From a candidate division WOR-3 bacterium (GTDB taxonomy: Bacteria > Hydrothermota > Tepidihabitantia > Tepidihabitantales > JBDRVQ01): 64,000 nucleotides of DNA. The first letter of the stretch is position 1, and each line of letters begins with the position of its first letter. Position numbers and translations under genes: made by a program. The notes below the pieces were generated by a model that was given only the letters and a program-made list of their open reading frames with translations, made no database searches and had not been told where the DNA came from. Shown piece after piece: positions 1 through 8,669 of this stretch. Location of the stretch: NCBI GenBank assembly GCA_039801905.1, contig JBDRVQ010000002.1:3147-67146 (forward strand), in the 5' to 3' direction.

Positions 1-1120
1 TACTAATTATCTCCTTAGATGTTGTCCCCCGGACAATAGAATCATCAACAACCAGAATCTTTTTGCCAACGATTTCGCTCTTTATTGGATTTAATTTTTG
101 CCGGACCGATGCCCTTCTTAAATCCTGGGTCGGCATAATAAAAGTCCTTTGGATGTAGCGATTTTTAATTAAACCTTCTCTTAATTTCACCCCCAAAACT
201 TCCGCCACGGTTGTCGCGGCTGCCCGGGCGGTATCAGGAACCGGAATGACCACATCCGGTTTTATCCCTTCCTTTAGGCACTCTTTCCCTAAGTATTCAC
301 CCAACCGCAGACGCGCCTCGTAAACCGAAATTCCATCCAGAACCGAATCCGGACGGGCAAAATAGACATATTCAAAAATGCAAGGAGAAAGACTCCCTTT
401 TACTACCTCCTCTTGGAATATCTGGCGGTTGGTATCAATAAATATCACCTCACCCGGTTTCACATCTCTTTCCAATTTATAACCCAAGAGGTCAAGGCAA
501 ACGCTCTCCGAAGCAAAGATATAGGAATCTCCTTTCCTACCCAAGATTAGGGGTTTTATCCCCTTTGGATCCCGAAAAGCAAAAAGTCCTCTGCCAGCAA
601 TCAATCCGACACAGGAATAACTACCTTCCACTTTTCGGAAGACCTCCCTCACTCCCCGGGCAATTAAAGAAAAGATATTTTTCTGATTCTTCTTTTGTTG
701 CCGGAGAAGGGCATCGGCAAAGATATTTAAGATTACCTCAACATCCGAATAGGAATTTAAAGACCAGAGCCTCTTTTCGGTTAATTCCTGCCGGAGGCGA
801 AAGTAATTGGTAACATTCCCATTGTGCGCCATTGCGATACCATAGGGGTTGGTCACGAAAAAGGGTTGGGTATCCTCACTTCCCCCACCCCCAATCGTTG
901 GGTACCGAACATGCCCAATTCCGATATTCCCCTGCAATCGCCTCAGGTTTTTTTCCTTAAAAACATCTAAAACTAAACCAACCCCCTTTTTGAGGTGGAA
1001 CATTCCATTATGGGTAATAATACCTGCCCCATCCTGCCCCCGATGTTGGAGGGATAAAAGACCTTCGTAAATCTCTTGAACCACATTCCCTTTTCCTAAA
1101 ATTCCTACGACGCCGCACAT
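1..1120 (-). CDS. purF: Amidophosphoribosyltransferase, N-terminal ~373 aa; the C-terminus runs off the window start
   Basis: The reverse complement of 1081-1120 reads ATG TGC GGC.. = MCGVVGILGKGNVVQEIYEGLLSLQHRGQDGAGIITHNGMFHLKKG (Ntn Cys2, QHRGQD motif). The reverse complement of 1-54 reads LVVDDSIVRGTTSKEIIS (PRTase motif). The gene was not in the ORF track because it is open at the window edge. It lies 12 nt downstream of the GlmL-like gene. Confidence 0.85.
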   Translation of the reverse strand, partial: MCGVVGILGKGNVVQEIYEGLLSLQHRGQDGAGIITHNGMFHLKKGVGLVLDVFKEKNLRRLQGNIGIGHVRYPTIGGGGSEDTQPFFVTNPYGIAMAHNGNVTNYFRLRQELTEKRLWSLNSYSDVEVILNIFADALLRQQKKNQKNIFSLIARGVREVFRKVEGSYSCVGLIAGRGLFAFRDPKGIKPLILGRKGDSYIFASESVCLDLLGYKLERDVKPGEVIFIDTNRQIFQEEVVKGSLSPCIFEYVYFARPDSVLDGISVYEARLRLGEYLGKECLKEGIKPDVVIPVPDTARAAATTVAEVLGVKLREGLIKNRYIQRTFIMPTQDLRRASVRQKLNPIKSEIVGKKILVVDDSIVRGTTSKEIIS

Positions 1121-1132
1121 AATAACTTTTGC

Positions 1133-2962
1133 TTAAATTTTGGGATAGAGATTAAGGGCGAGCGCCCATTTTTTCAGTGCCTCAATCCGTTTATTTTTAT
1201 CGGAGGGCAAATTAAAGGGTCTTCTCCCCCGGCAGTCAACAATTATCCCACAGACGCCCCCTTCCATCTCCGTCTCTATCTTCTTCCCCTTTCCCGGACC
1301 CAAATCAAACCCTTTCTCCGGAATAATCTCCATTTTTACTCTTTCATTCAAACCGAGCGGAATTAAGATTATCTCACCAAAATTTACTATCCGGGTCTCA
1401 ATCCTCCCTTCGGGTTGGAAAATTTTTAGGGTGAGGCATTTCTGCCCTTCTTTTCCTTCGCCGAGGGGAGCGATACAGGTGCCTAATTTAATTAGGCAAT
1501 CCCTTTCAAAGACATCCCGGGCTGCTTTCTCGTGTACTGTGGAAAGGACACCCAGATGGGGCATCATAAAGATGCTATCCACTGCCAATTTCGTGATTCC
1601 CTCTGGTAGGAAGGCGTCAATCATCATTAAAGCCGATTGGATCCGCCTCGGGGCATGAGAGAGAATTCCACCGGAACCGACAATTAAATTTAAGGAGAGT
1701 AAATTGACTAAGGTTTCACCCGTGAGGGTCTGGGCAAAGGCATCGGAGATTGTTCTTGCCTGCTGAACCCCTTTCAAACCTACCGCCATTGTTTTATGCT
1801 GTTCTAAGGCAAGACGCAAAGCCTCACGCGCTAATGCCTGCTCAATCATTAAATCTTCTAAGGATTGGGGGATGGTCGTTGGTCTAATCATCTTATTCCG
1901 GATCCGATTCCTTAAATCCTTCTCGCTAATCTCAAAAGGCACCCAACGCATAATATTTTCCACACCTGCTTCCACTAAAACATTAGAGATACTATAAGAC
2001 ATTCCCAAATTGGCACTCACCGTTCGGTTGAAAACCAATGGTTCCCCTTCTGCCTGATGGTCACGAAACACGGAAAAGACATCGGTCGTTGCCCCACCAA
2101 TATCCACACCCAAAATTTCAATATTTTCACTCCGGCCAATCTTCTCAATCAAAAGACCAACCGCCCCCGGCGTAGGCATAATTGGCGCATCGGTCCAGGA
2201 TTGGAGTTTTTTATAACCCGGGGCATGAGCCATCACATGTTCCATATACAAATCGTGGATGCGGTTTCGGGCGGGCTGGAGGTTCTCCCTTTCTAAAACC
2301 GGTCTTATATTCTCCACAACCACCAGAGCGGTCTTATCCTTTAAGATCTTAATAATATGCTCCCGGGCATTGACATTTCCGGCATAAATCACGGGCAACT
2401 CATAACCGGTTCCGAAACGGGGACGAGGATCAGATGCCCGGATCAATTCCGCCAGTTCCACAACATGGGAGATGGTGCCGCCATCAACACCGCCGGAAAG
2501 GAGAATCATATCCGGTCTCAGATGCCTTATTCTTTCAATCTTCTCGTGGGGTAGCCGCCCATCATTAGAGGCGATCACATCCATCACAATCGCTCCGGCA
2601 CCTAATGCCGCCCTTTGGGCACTTTCCGCGGTCATGGTTAAGACCACTCCTGCCACCATCATCTGTAAACCGCCACCCGCCGAAGAGGTTGAGACATAGA
2701 TATCAATTCCTTCCTTCTCATTCTTATAAGGCTTAATCAAATTCTCACCGTCTAAAATCTTGACGCCGCTCAATTCCTCCACTTCCCGCGTGGCATTGAG
2801 CACGCCCTTGGTCACATCTTCAAAAGGCGCCTCAACGGTTGTCGGCGCTTCTCCCCGTACAACCAGCCGATACTCTTCGCCCCGCTTCTCAATTAAAATG
2901 GCTTTGGTGGTTGTTGAGCCACAATCCGTGGCTAAAATCCTTTTCAGATCTTCTTTAACCAT
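1133..2962 (-). CDS. GlmL/MutL-family (glutamate-mutase-L-like) actin-fold ATPase, 609 aa
   Basis: N-terminus ILATDCGSTTTKAILIE resembles the GlmL 'IDFGSTFTK' phosphate-1 loop. Further glycine-rich loops follow (DIGGATTDVFSV, SGGVDGGT). The start overlaps the stop of the upstream 91-aa ORF. I could not run a family search. Confidence 0.5.
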   Translation of the reverse strand: MVKEDLKRILATDCGSTTTKAILIEKRGEEYRLVVRGEAPTTVEAPFEDVTKGVLNATREVEELSGVKILDGENLIKPYKNEKEGIDIYVSTSSAGGGLQMMVAGVVLTMTAESAQRAALGAGAIVMDVIASNDGRLPHEKIERIRHLRPDMILLSGGVDGGTISHVVELAELIRASDPRPRFGTGYELPVIYAGNVNAREHIIKILKDKTALVVVENIRPVLERENLQPARNRIHDLYMEHVMAHAPGYKKLQSWTDAPIMPTPGAVGLLIEKIGRSENIEILGVDIGGATTDVFSVFRDHQAEGEPLVFNRTVSANLGMSYSISNVLVEAGVENIMRWVPFEISEKDLRNRIRNKMIRPTTIPQSLEDLMIEQALAREALRLALEQHKTMAVGLKGVQQARTISDAFAQTLTGETLVNLLSLNLIVGSGGILSHAPRRIQSALMMIDAFLPEGITKLAVDSIFMMPHLGVLSTVHEKAARDVFERDCLIKLGTCIAPLGEGKEGQKCLTLKIFQPEGRIETRIVNFGEIILIPLGLNERVKMEIIPEKGFDLGPGKGKKIETEMEGGVCGIIVDCRGRRPFNLPSDKNKRIEALKKWALALNLYPKI

Positions 2963-3230
2963 TTTTCCCTACCTTCTCCCTTTGATTTTCCTCTTCTTCA
3001 ATACTCTGAATTAACTTCTCTAAGTTATTTCTATCCTCTAATATCTTAACGAACTCTTCATAAGAATTCAAGGGTAGAAGGGAAGTGACTATCGGTTGAA
3101 AAAAGACTAAAACCTGGGAGCCGATAAACGATAAGGGTTTTGCCGATTCTAAAAGGACAATGGCGATAGGTGTCAGACGCAATTCCACAACCCTTTTCGC
3201 TACCTTAGTGATTAATTCCTCAGTAGTCAT
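2955..3230 (-). CDS. Hypothetical 91-aa protein, translationally coupled between gcvPB and the GlmL-like gene
   Basis: ORF with ATG at 3230 directly abutting the gcvPB stop (3227). Its stop overlaps the start of the GlmL-like gene. No recognisable motif. Confidence 0.4.
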   Translation of the reverse strand: MTTEELITKVAKRVVELRLTPIAIVLLESAKPLSFIGSQVLVFFQPIVTSLLPLNSYEEFVKILEDRNNLEKLIQSIEEEENQREKVGKNG

Positions 3231-4663
3231 TTTTGGTAGCGCAATATCAAATCCCTTGCCGCTTTTGCCTCGTCCAATCTCTTCACCGGTGTCTGATGGG
3301 GTGCCTTCTGCAAAATCTCAGGGTTGGTCTTTGCTTCCTCGGCAATCTGAATCATCCTCTTGATAAATTCATCCAAGACTTCCTTAGATTCGGTTTCTGT
3401 CGGTTCAATCATCAGAGCCTCGTGGACAATCAAAGGAAAATACATTGTTGGGGCATGTAAGCCAAAATCTAATAGGCGTTTTGCCACATCCAATGCCCTT
3501 ACTCCGTATTTCTTTAAGTTTTCTGCAGAAAAGACACATTCGTGCATCGTTGGTGTTTTATAGGGTAAATGATAATAGCCTTCCAAAGACTTCCGGATAT
3601 AGTTGGCATTCAAGACCGCAGATTCCGCACAATCCCTTAAACCATCAGGACCGAGCATCCGGATATAAGTGAAGGCTTTAACGAGAACCAAGAAATTACC
3701 ATAAAATGCTTGGATTTTCCCAATACTCTTTCCCTTTTCCCAATCAAATCTAAACTTCTCCCCTTCTCTTATCAATCTGGGGATTGGTAGATACGGTTCC
3801 AAAAACTTTTTGGCGCAGACTGGACCAGCTCCTGGACCACCACCGCCGTGAGGGGTGGAAAAGGTCTTATGGAGGTTGAGATGGACCAGGTCAAATCCGG
3901 CATCACCCGGTCGGTGATAACCCAAATAGGCGTTAAGATTGGCTCCGTCTAAATATAAAAGGGTGCCGTAGGAATGGCAAATCTCGGCAATCTCTAATAT
4001 CCTCTCCTCAAAGATTCCTAAGGTATTGGGATTGGTCACCATCAAACAGGCGCAATCTTCACCAATCCTCTCTCTCAGTTTCGTTAAGGAAATCTGCCCG
4101 GTTTCATCAGAAGGAATAACTTCTACCCGATGGCCCGACATCGTGACACTTGCCGGATTGGTCCCGTGGGCGGAGTCCGGAATTAAAATCCGTTCCCTTT
4201 TCTCCCCTCTATCCTTAAAGTATTTCCGGACAATTAAAAGGGAAGTGAACTCACCATGGGCACCCGCCGCCGGTTGCAGGGTAATCGCATCCATTCCCAC
4301 AATGGTCAGAAGGAGTTTGCCCAATTCGCTCATTAAAAATAGATTTCCCTGAACCGTCTCTTCCTCTTGCCAGGGGTGGGTATTGGTAAAAGATGGAAAA
4401 GAGGCGATGGTCTCGTTCACCTTGGGATTATACTTCATCGTACAGGAACCGAGGGGATAAAATCCCTTATCCACATGGTGATTAAGGGTGGAAAGGTTGA
4501 CAAAATGCCTCACCACTTCTACTTCGCTCACCTCGGGGAGGGGTAAATTTTCTCTCAGATATTCTTTTGGTATAAAATCTGTCAGTTCCTTTTCTGGCAA
4601 ATCCAGGGGTGGGAGATAATAGCCCCTCTTCCCCGGCGTAGAATGTTCAAAGATTGTCTTCAT
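3227..4663 (-). CDS. gcvPB: Glycine dehydrogenase (decarboxylating) subunit 2
   Basis: 478 aa; typical GcvPB N-terminus ([18 protein letters not shown]). Glycine-rich GGGGPG loop and sequence are characteristic of GcvPB; the PLP lysine was not individually identified. The ATGA start overlaps the upstream ORF. Confidence 0.9.
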   Translation of the reverse strand: MKTIFEHSTPGKRGYYLPPLDLPEKELTDFIPKEYLRENLPLPEVSEVEVVRHFVNLSTLNHHVDKGFYPLGSCTMKYNPKVNETIASFPSFTNTHPWQEEETVQGNLFLMSELGKLLLTIVGMDAITLQPAAGAHGEFTSLLIVRKYFKDRGEKRERILIPDSAHGTNPASVTMSGHRVEVIPSDETGQISLTKLRERIGEDCACLMVTNPNTLGIFEERILEIAEICHSYGTLLYLDGANLNAYLGYHRPGDAGFDLVHLNLHKTFSTPHGGGGPGAGPVCAKKFLEPYLPIPRLIREGEKFRFDWEKGKSIGKIQAFYGNFLVLVKAFTYIRMLGPDGLRDCAESAVLNANYIRKSLEGYYHLPYKTPTMHECVFSAENLKKYGVRALDVAKRLLDFGLHAPTMYFPLIVHEALMIEPTETESKEVLDEFIKRMIQIAEEAKTNPEILQKAPHQTPVKRLDEAKAARDLILRYQK

Positions 4664-4857
4664 AGTCTCTTATAGGCTTTAAGGAAATTACTAATTGAAC
4701 GGTCGTAAGTTTTTTCTAAGTCCGGAGGGAAGAAGCAACCGGGGAGTTCTCCATTTTTCCGATGGTATAAAATACATTCGCAGCATCTACCCTTTTTAGA
4801 GCAAGGCTCATAAGTGCAGGTGCAATTTTTTAAGTTTTTATTGAGATTACATTCCAT
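4660..4857 (-). CDS. Cysteine-rich 65-aa protein (9 Cys; CxCx4Cx5CCxC..C pattern), possible zf-like 'cysteine-rich small domain'
   Basis: [43 protein letters not shown]. Overlaps the gcvPA stop by 11 nt and the gcvPB start by 4 nt. Its position inside a coupled operon argues it is real. Confidence 0.5.
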   Translation of the reverse strand: MECNLNKNLKNCTCTYEPCSKKGRCCECILYHRKNGELPGCFFPPDLEKTYDRSISNFLKAYKRL

Positions 4858-6205
4858 AACGAGCTCCTATTTCCTTTAAAGCGGAAACGAAGAAATCCAA
4901 CTCCTCTTTTGTCCTTTTTTCCGTAACCGCAACCAACAGAAGGTCTTCCCAATCCTCATTAAATCTTCCCAGATGGACACCTCCGAAAATCTTTTTCTCC
5001 CTTAAATCTTTAAGAATTTTGGGCCAGATTCCTTTTTTCCCTTTCAGGACAAATTCTTTGAAAAAGGGAAGGGGAAATGCCCGGCGGAAATTGGTCTCTT
5101 CTTCAATCCTTTCTAAGAGATAATGGGCTTTATGGAGACATTGACTCGCCACCTCTCTTAAACCCCTTTTCCCCAAAAGGGAGAGATAGATGGTCGCGGC
5201 TAAGGCGCAGAGCGCAGAATTGGTGCAGATATTGGAAGTTGCCCTTTCTCTCTTTATGTGTTGTTCTCTCGTCTGTAAGGTTAAGACATAACCCGGGTTG
5301 CCATCTCGGTCAATTGTCTTCCCAACCAACCTGCCAGGCATAAAACGAATGAACTCCTTCTTCGTGGTAAAAAGGCCGAGGTAAGGACCACCAAAAGAGG
5401 GAGGGATTCCTAAGGATTGCCCTTCCCCAACCGCAATGTCTGCTCCGTAATCACCCGGTGGTAAAATGATACCTAAAGAGATTGGGTCGCAAGAAAGAAG
5501 GAAGAGACAATCGTTTTTATGAATAATTGTTGCCATTTCTTTTACCGGTTCTAAAATGCCGAAGAAATTGGGATTTTGGACGACCACCGCCGAGAAGGAA
5601 GGGTCAACTATTTTCTCCAAAATATCTAACTCAATCCGGCCCTTGGGAGTTGGTAAATAAACTGGTTCAATTTCGGTTCCTTCTAAGTAGGTCTCAATCA
5701 CCATTTTATAAAGGGGATTGAGGGAATCAGCCAAAAGAATCTTCTTTTTCTTCTTAATCGCCACCGCCATCAGACAACCTTCGGCTAAGGCACTCGCCCC
5801 ATCGTACATTGAGGCATTGGCAATCTCCATATTGAAAAGTTCACAAATTAAAGATTGGAACTCAAAGATAGTTTGTAAAGTCCCCTGAGAGACTTCCGCC
5901 TGGTATGGGGTGTAGGCGGTATAATACTCGCTCCGCTGTAAGATATGGGGGATGACTGCGGGGATGATGTGGTCATAGACCCCACCGCCTAAAAAGTTAA
6001 TGAACTCATCAGTTGTCTCATTCTTCTCGCCAATCGCTTTTACCAATTTTCTCACCTCAAACTCGGAAAGAGACGGAGGGAGAGGGAGGTCCCCTTTCAA
6101 TAAAATTTTCTCTGGGATTTGGGAAAAGAGTTCAGAAAGAGAGGAGACGCCAATCCGGGCAAGCATCTCTCTCTTCTCCTCTTCGGTATGGGGGGTATAT
6201 TTCAT
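4847..6205 (-). CDS. gcvPA: Glycine dehydrogenase (decarboxylating) subunit 1
   Basis: 452 aa with GcvPA-type sequence ([16 protein letters not shown]..). 4-nt overlap with gcvH. Confidence 0.9.
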   Translation of the reverse strand: MKYTPHTEEEKREMLARIGVSSLSELFSQIPEKILLKGDLPLPPSLSEFEVRKLVKAIGEKNETTDEFINFLGGGVYDHIIPAVIPHILQRSEYYTAYTPYQAEVSQGTLQTIFEFQSLICELFNMEIANASMYDGASALAEGCLMAVAIKKKKKILLADSLNPLYKMVIETYLEGTEIEPVYLPTPKGRIELDILEKIVDPSFSAVVVQNPNFFGILEPVKEMATIIHKNDCLFLLSCDPISLGIILPPGDYGADIAVGEGQSLGIPPSFGGPYLGLFTTKKEFIRFMPGRLVGKTIDRDGNPGYVLTLQTREQHIKRERATSNICTNSALCALAATIYLSLLGKRGLREVASQCLHKAHYLLERIEEETNFRRAFPLPFFKEFVLKGKKGIWPKILKDLREKKIFGGVHLGRFNEDWEDLLLVAVTEKRTKEELDFFVSALKEIGARYGM

Positions 6206-6600
6206 ACTTCTCCAATGTGCTTCTTATAATCTTCGGCTTTGAGAAGATTTTTCAATTCTTCTTTATTCTTAATTCTAATTTTAATAATCCAACCTCTACC
6301 ATAAGGCTCCTGATTAATAATTCCGGGGTCATTTTTTATTAAATCATTCACTTGGATTATTTCTCCGGAAACGGGTAGATACAAATCAGAAACCGTCTTC
6401 ACCGCTTCAATTGTCCCAAACCTCTCCCCTTGGTTTAACTCTTTTCCCATCTCCGTAATGTCCACATAAACGATATCGGAAAGTTCTTTCTGGGCAAAGT
6501 CAGTAATCCCGCAAAGGGCGGTGTTATCCTCTATTTTCACCCATTCGTGGGTTTTGGTATAAAATAAATCATCAGGGACCAAACTCATAATTCCTCCCAA
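6202..6600 (-). CDS. gcvH: Glycine cleavage system H protein (lipoyl carrier)
   Basis: 132 aa; TKTHEWVKIEDN..EAVKTVSDL carries the lipoyl-lysine motif. Confidence 0.9.
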   Translation of the reverse strand: MGGIMSLVPDDLFYTKTHEWVKIEDNTALCGITDFAQKELSDIVYVDITEMGKELNQGERFGTIEAVKTVSDLYLPVSGEIIQVNDLIKNDPGIINQEPYGRGWIIKIRIKNKEELKNLLKAEDYKKHIGEV

Positions 6601-7698
6601 TTATCCTCTTTTTAGGCTACCCATTTTATAAAAAGGTGTCTTAACAACTACCCCTTTTAATTCCTCTCCCCGAGGGGAAAGGAAGAAGAGGGGGGTACCA
6701 ATTTCCGAGTACTCTATTGCCACATAGCCCAAACCAATCGGTTTCTTCAAAGATGGGGAAAAACTGCCACTGGTAACAAAACCAATCTCCTCTCTCTTTT
6801 CGTTCAGAATCTTAAAATGCTCTCGGGCAACCCTCTCTCCTGCCACTTCAAAGCCGACTAACTTTCTCTTCAAGCCTCCTTTCTTTATTCCTTCTAAGGC
6901 AGGCTTACCGATAAAATCTCCCTTATTCAATTTGACAACAAATCCGAGACCCGCAGAAAGAGGATCGGTCTCCGCGGTGATATCATTGCCGTAGAGGCAA
7001 TATCTCATCTCCAACCTTAAAGTATTTCGGGCGCCTAAACCACAAGGGACTAAATTAAATTCTTTGCCCGCATTAAAGAGTGCCGGCCAAATCTTTGGTG
7101 CCTCGTCCTTGGAAAAATATAACTCAAAACCATCTTCCCCGGTATAACCGGTGCGTGAGACCAAACATTCTACCTCTGCGACCTTTACCCTCTTTGCCCA
7201 ATAGAATTTTATTTCCGAGAGTGAAGAGTTGGTTATTTTACCTAAAATCTCTTCTGCCTTTGGGCCTTGGAGGGCAAGTTGGGCAATCTCAAAAGTTCGG
7301 TCAATAATTTCTACTTCCCCAGAGAGATTCTTTTTTAACCAATTTATATCCTTTTCCCGATTTGAGGCATTAACTACTAATAAGAAATGGTCTTCTAAAT
7401 TATAAACCACTAAGTCATCAACAATCCCGCCGCTCTCATAACAGAAGACCGAATATTGCGCCTGGTAGGGCTTTAACTCCTTTACCGCATTGGTCGTGAC
7501 AAAGTCAACAAAATTTATAGCATCCTTTCCCCTAATCTCTACCCTTCCCATATGGGAGACATCAAAGAGACCACAAGAGTTCCTTACCGCCAGATGTTCG
7601 GGAATTATCCCTTGATAATATAAAGGCATCTCAAACCCAAAAAAATCAATCATCTTCCCCTGCCATTGGCAGTGGAAATCATAAAAAGGAGTTCTCAT
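6601..7698 (-). CDS. gcvT: Aminomethyltransferase (glycine cleavage T protein)
   Basis: 365 aa; GcvT-like throughout (MRTPFYDFH..GARNTLRLEM). Confidence 0.9.
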   Translation of the reverse strand: MRTPFYDFHCQWQGKMIDFFGFEMPLYYQGIIPEHLAVRNSCGLFDVSHMGRVEIRGKDAINFVDFVTTNAVKELKPYQAQYSVFCYESGGIVDDLVVYNLEDHFLLVVNASNREKDINWLKKNLSGEVEIIDRTFEIAQLALQGPKAEEILGKITNSSLSEIKFYWAKRVKVAEVECLVSRTGYTGEDGFELYFSKDEAPKIWPALFNAGKEFNLVPCGLGARNTLRLEMRYCLYGNDITAETDPLSAGLGFVVKLNKGDFIGKPALEGIKKGGLKRKLVGFEVAGERVAREHFKILNEKREEIGFVTSGSFSPSLKKPIGLGYVAIEYSEIGTPLFFLSPRGEELKGVVVKTPFYKMGSLKRG

Positions 7699-7710
7699 CT
7701 TTAATTTTTA

Positions 7711-7738
7711 ATAATAATAAAATATTAGAGATAGTCAA
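7711..7738 (-). promoter_or_regulatory. Candidate proximal sigma70-type promoter for the gcv operon (TTGACT-16-TATTAT, 12 nt before the ATG)
   Basis: Minus-strand read: ccTTGACTatctctaatattttatTATTATtaaaaattaaagATG. The DNA is AT-rich, so a chance match is possible. Confidence 0.35.
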
Positions 7739-7959
7739 GGATTTTTATTGGCAATAGGAGAGAAATGGGTTTTAACCCCTTCCTCAATTATTCGCTTAAA
7801 GGGATATTGAGTTCAGATATACTTCTTTTTCTATAAGAGGCGAGTAAGATTCTCATTTATCTTTGGTGGATGGGTTTTATATTCCCTTTCGGTCCTTGGC
7901 AAGCTGGGGAGAGGTATTTCCGGAGGCAATTTCCCACATAATTTGAATATATCTCCAGT

Positions 7960-8234
7960 ATCCAGATTAGGCTCCCATTTTTACTTAGGATTAAAGCCTT
8001 AGTTAAACACAGGATTAAACTCTTTATTATCCCTTCTATTAAACTCTGAATTAGACTTCCAATTATGCCCTCTTTTAGAGTATCTATTAAATCCTCAATT
8101 AAACCCTTTATTAAATCTCCGATTAAGTCTAAAATTATACCTTTTCTTAGACCTTATATTATGCCTTTCATTAAATCCCTGATACCATCCCCTGTATGCT
8201 ACACCCCTTTTTATAAAAATAAACCCCTCCTGTT
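7960..8234 (-). repeat. Composite intergenic element, copy 1: ~50-bp conserved core (8181-8234) plus ~220-bp array of ~12-bp-phased YTAAT(T) repeats (7963-8180)
   Basis: Core GATACCATCCCCTGTATGCTACACCCCTTTTTATAAAAATAAACCCCTCCTGTT on plus is the reverse complement of the core seen at 24419-24471 and 56503-56553, and is identical in orientation to 41098-41152. The array has TAAT/ATTAA motifs every 11-13 bp. Confidence 0.85.
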
Positions 8235-8359
8235 TGATAAAGTTCCTATTATTTAATGACATTTTAAGTTAACTATTAATTACCCGATAATACCTCCTTA
8301 ATCTCTCTTCTGATATAAGGGTTGGGATTAGAACCCAATAACTTACCTTAATAACTTCT

Positions 8360-8470
8360 TTTAACTTCTTCATAGCCCTCTATAATAAATACGGAAATAC
8401 CCCCCAATTTCTGACACTAAATTTCCCCCCTTTTTTATAAGTCTTTGATTTATAATAACTTATTTACTTT
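8360..8470. repeat. Second conserved intergenic module shared with 41215-41330
   Basis: CATAGCCCTCTATAATAAATACGGAAATACCCCCCAATTTCTGACAC is shared between the two loci. Flanking TACCCGATAA and CTTTGATTT..AACTTATTT also match. Confidence 0.7.
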
Positions 8471-8611
8471 AATGGAACTTAAAAAAATAATGTACTGCTT
8501 AGAGAGATTGTGAGAAATGTCCGGATTAATCGGCCTCATACATTTTTGAGTATTCTTAGAGATAAACCCCTAAAGTGGTAATAATCACTGTTTAACGCTT
8601 GCAGGAACATT

Positions 8612-8639
8612 TTGACAAAAAGTTAATGGTTTATATAAT
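8612..8639 (+). promoter_or_regulatory. Candidate promoter TTGACA-16-TATAAT upstream of the GH18 gene
   Basis: tTTGACAaaaagttaatggtttaTATAATt, 31 nt before the ATG at 8670. Confidence 0.45.
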
Positions 8640-8669
8640 TTATATAATACGGAATGAGAATTAGAGAAT

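Noticed and set aside
565-1070. Two plus-strand ORFs (565-813, 849-1070)
   Set aside because: They lie antisense within purF, which is clearly coding on the minus strand.
7739-7960. Possible glycine riboswitch in the extra ~220 nt between array copy 1 and gcvT (fragments CUGGAGA.., CUCUCC..CAAGGAC, ACCGAAAGGG)
   Set aside because: Only scattered resemblance to the RF00504 aptamer is present. The central GCCGAAGGAGCAA-type segment and a second aptamer could not be found by eye. A proximal promoter would place most of the segment upstream of the TSS. It needs an Infernal scan before any claim.
7960-8180. CRISPR-like look of the regularly spaced TAAT repeat arrays (also 24472-24700, 40860-41097, 56554-56784)
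   Set aside because: The units are ~12 bp, degenerate and contiguous, with no unique spacers. No cas genes or leader-type architecture are present, and the arrays sit next to a conserved core upstream of genes. They are treated as a regulatory/mobile repeat instead.
8065-8256. 63-aa ORF with IK(S/P)x tetrapeptide periodicity
   Set aside because: It is an artefact of translating the 12-bp-periodic array. It is antisense to the likely transcription direction, with no RBS.
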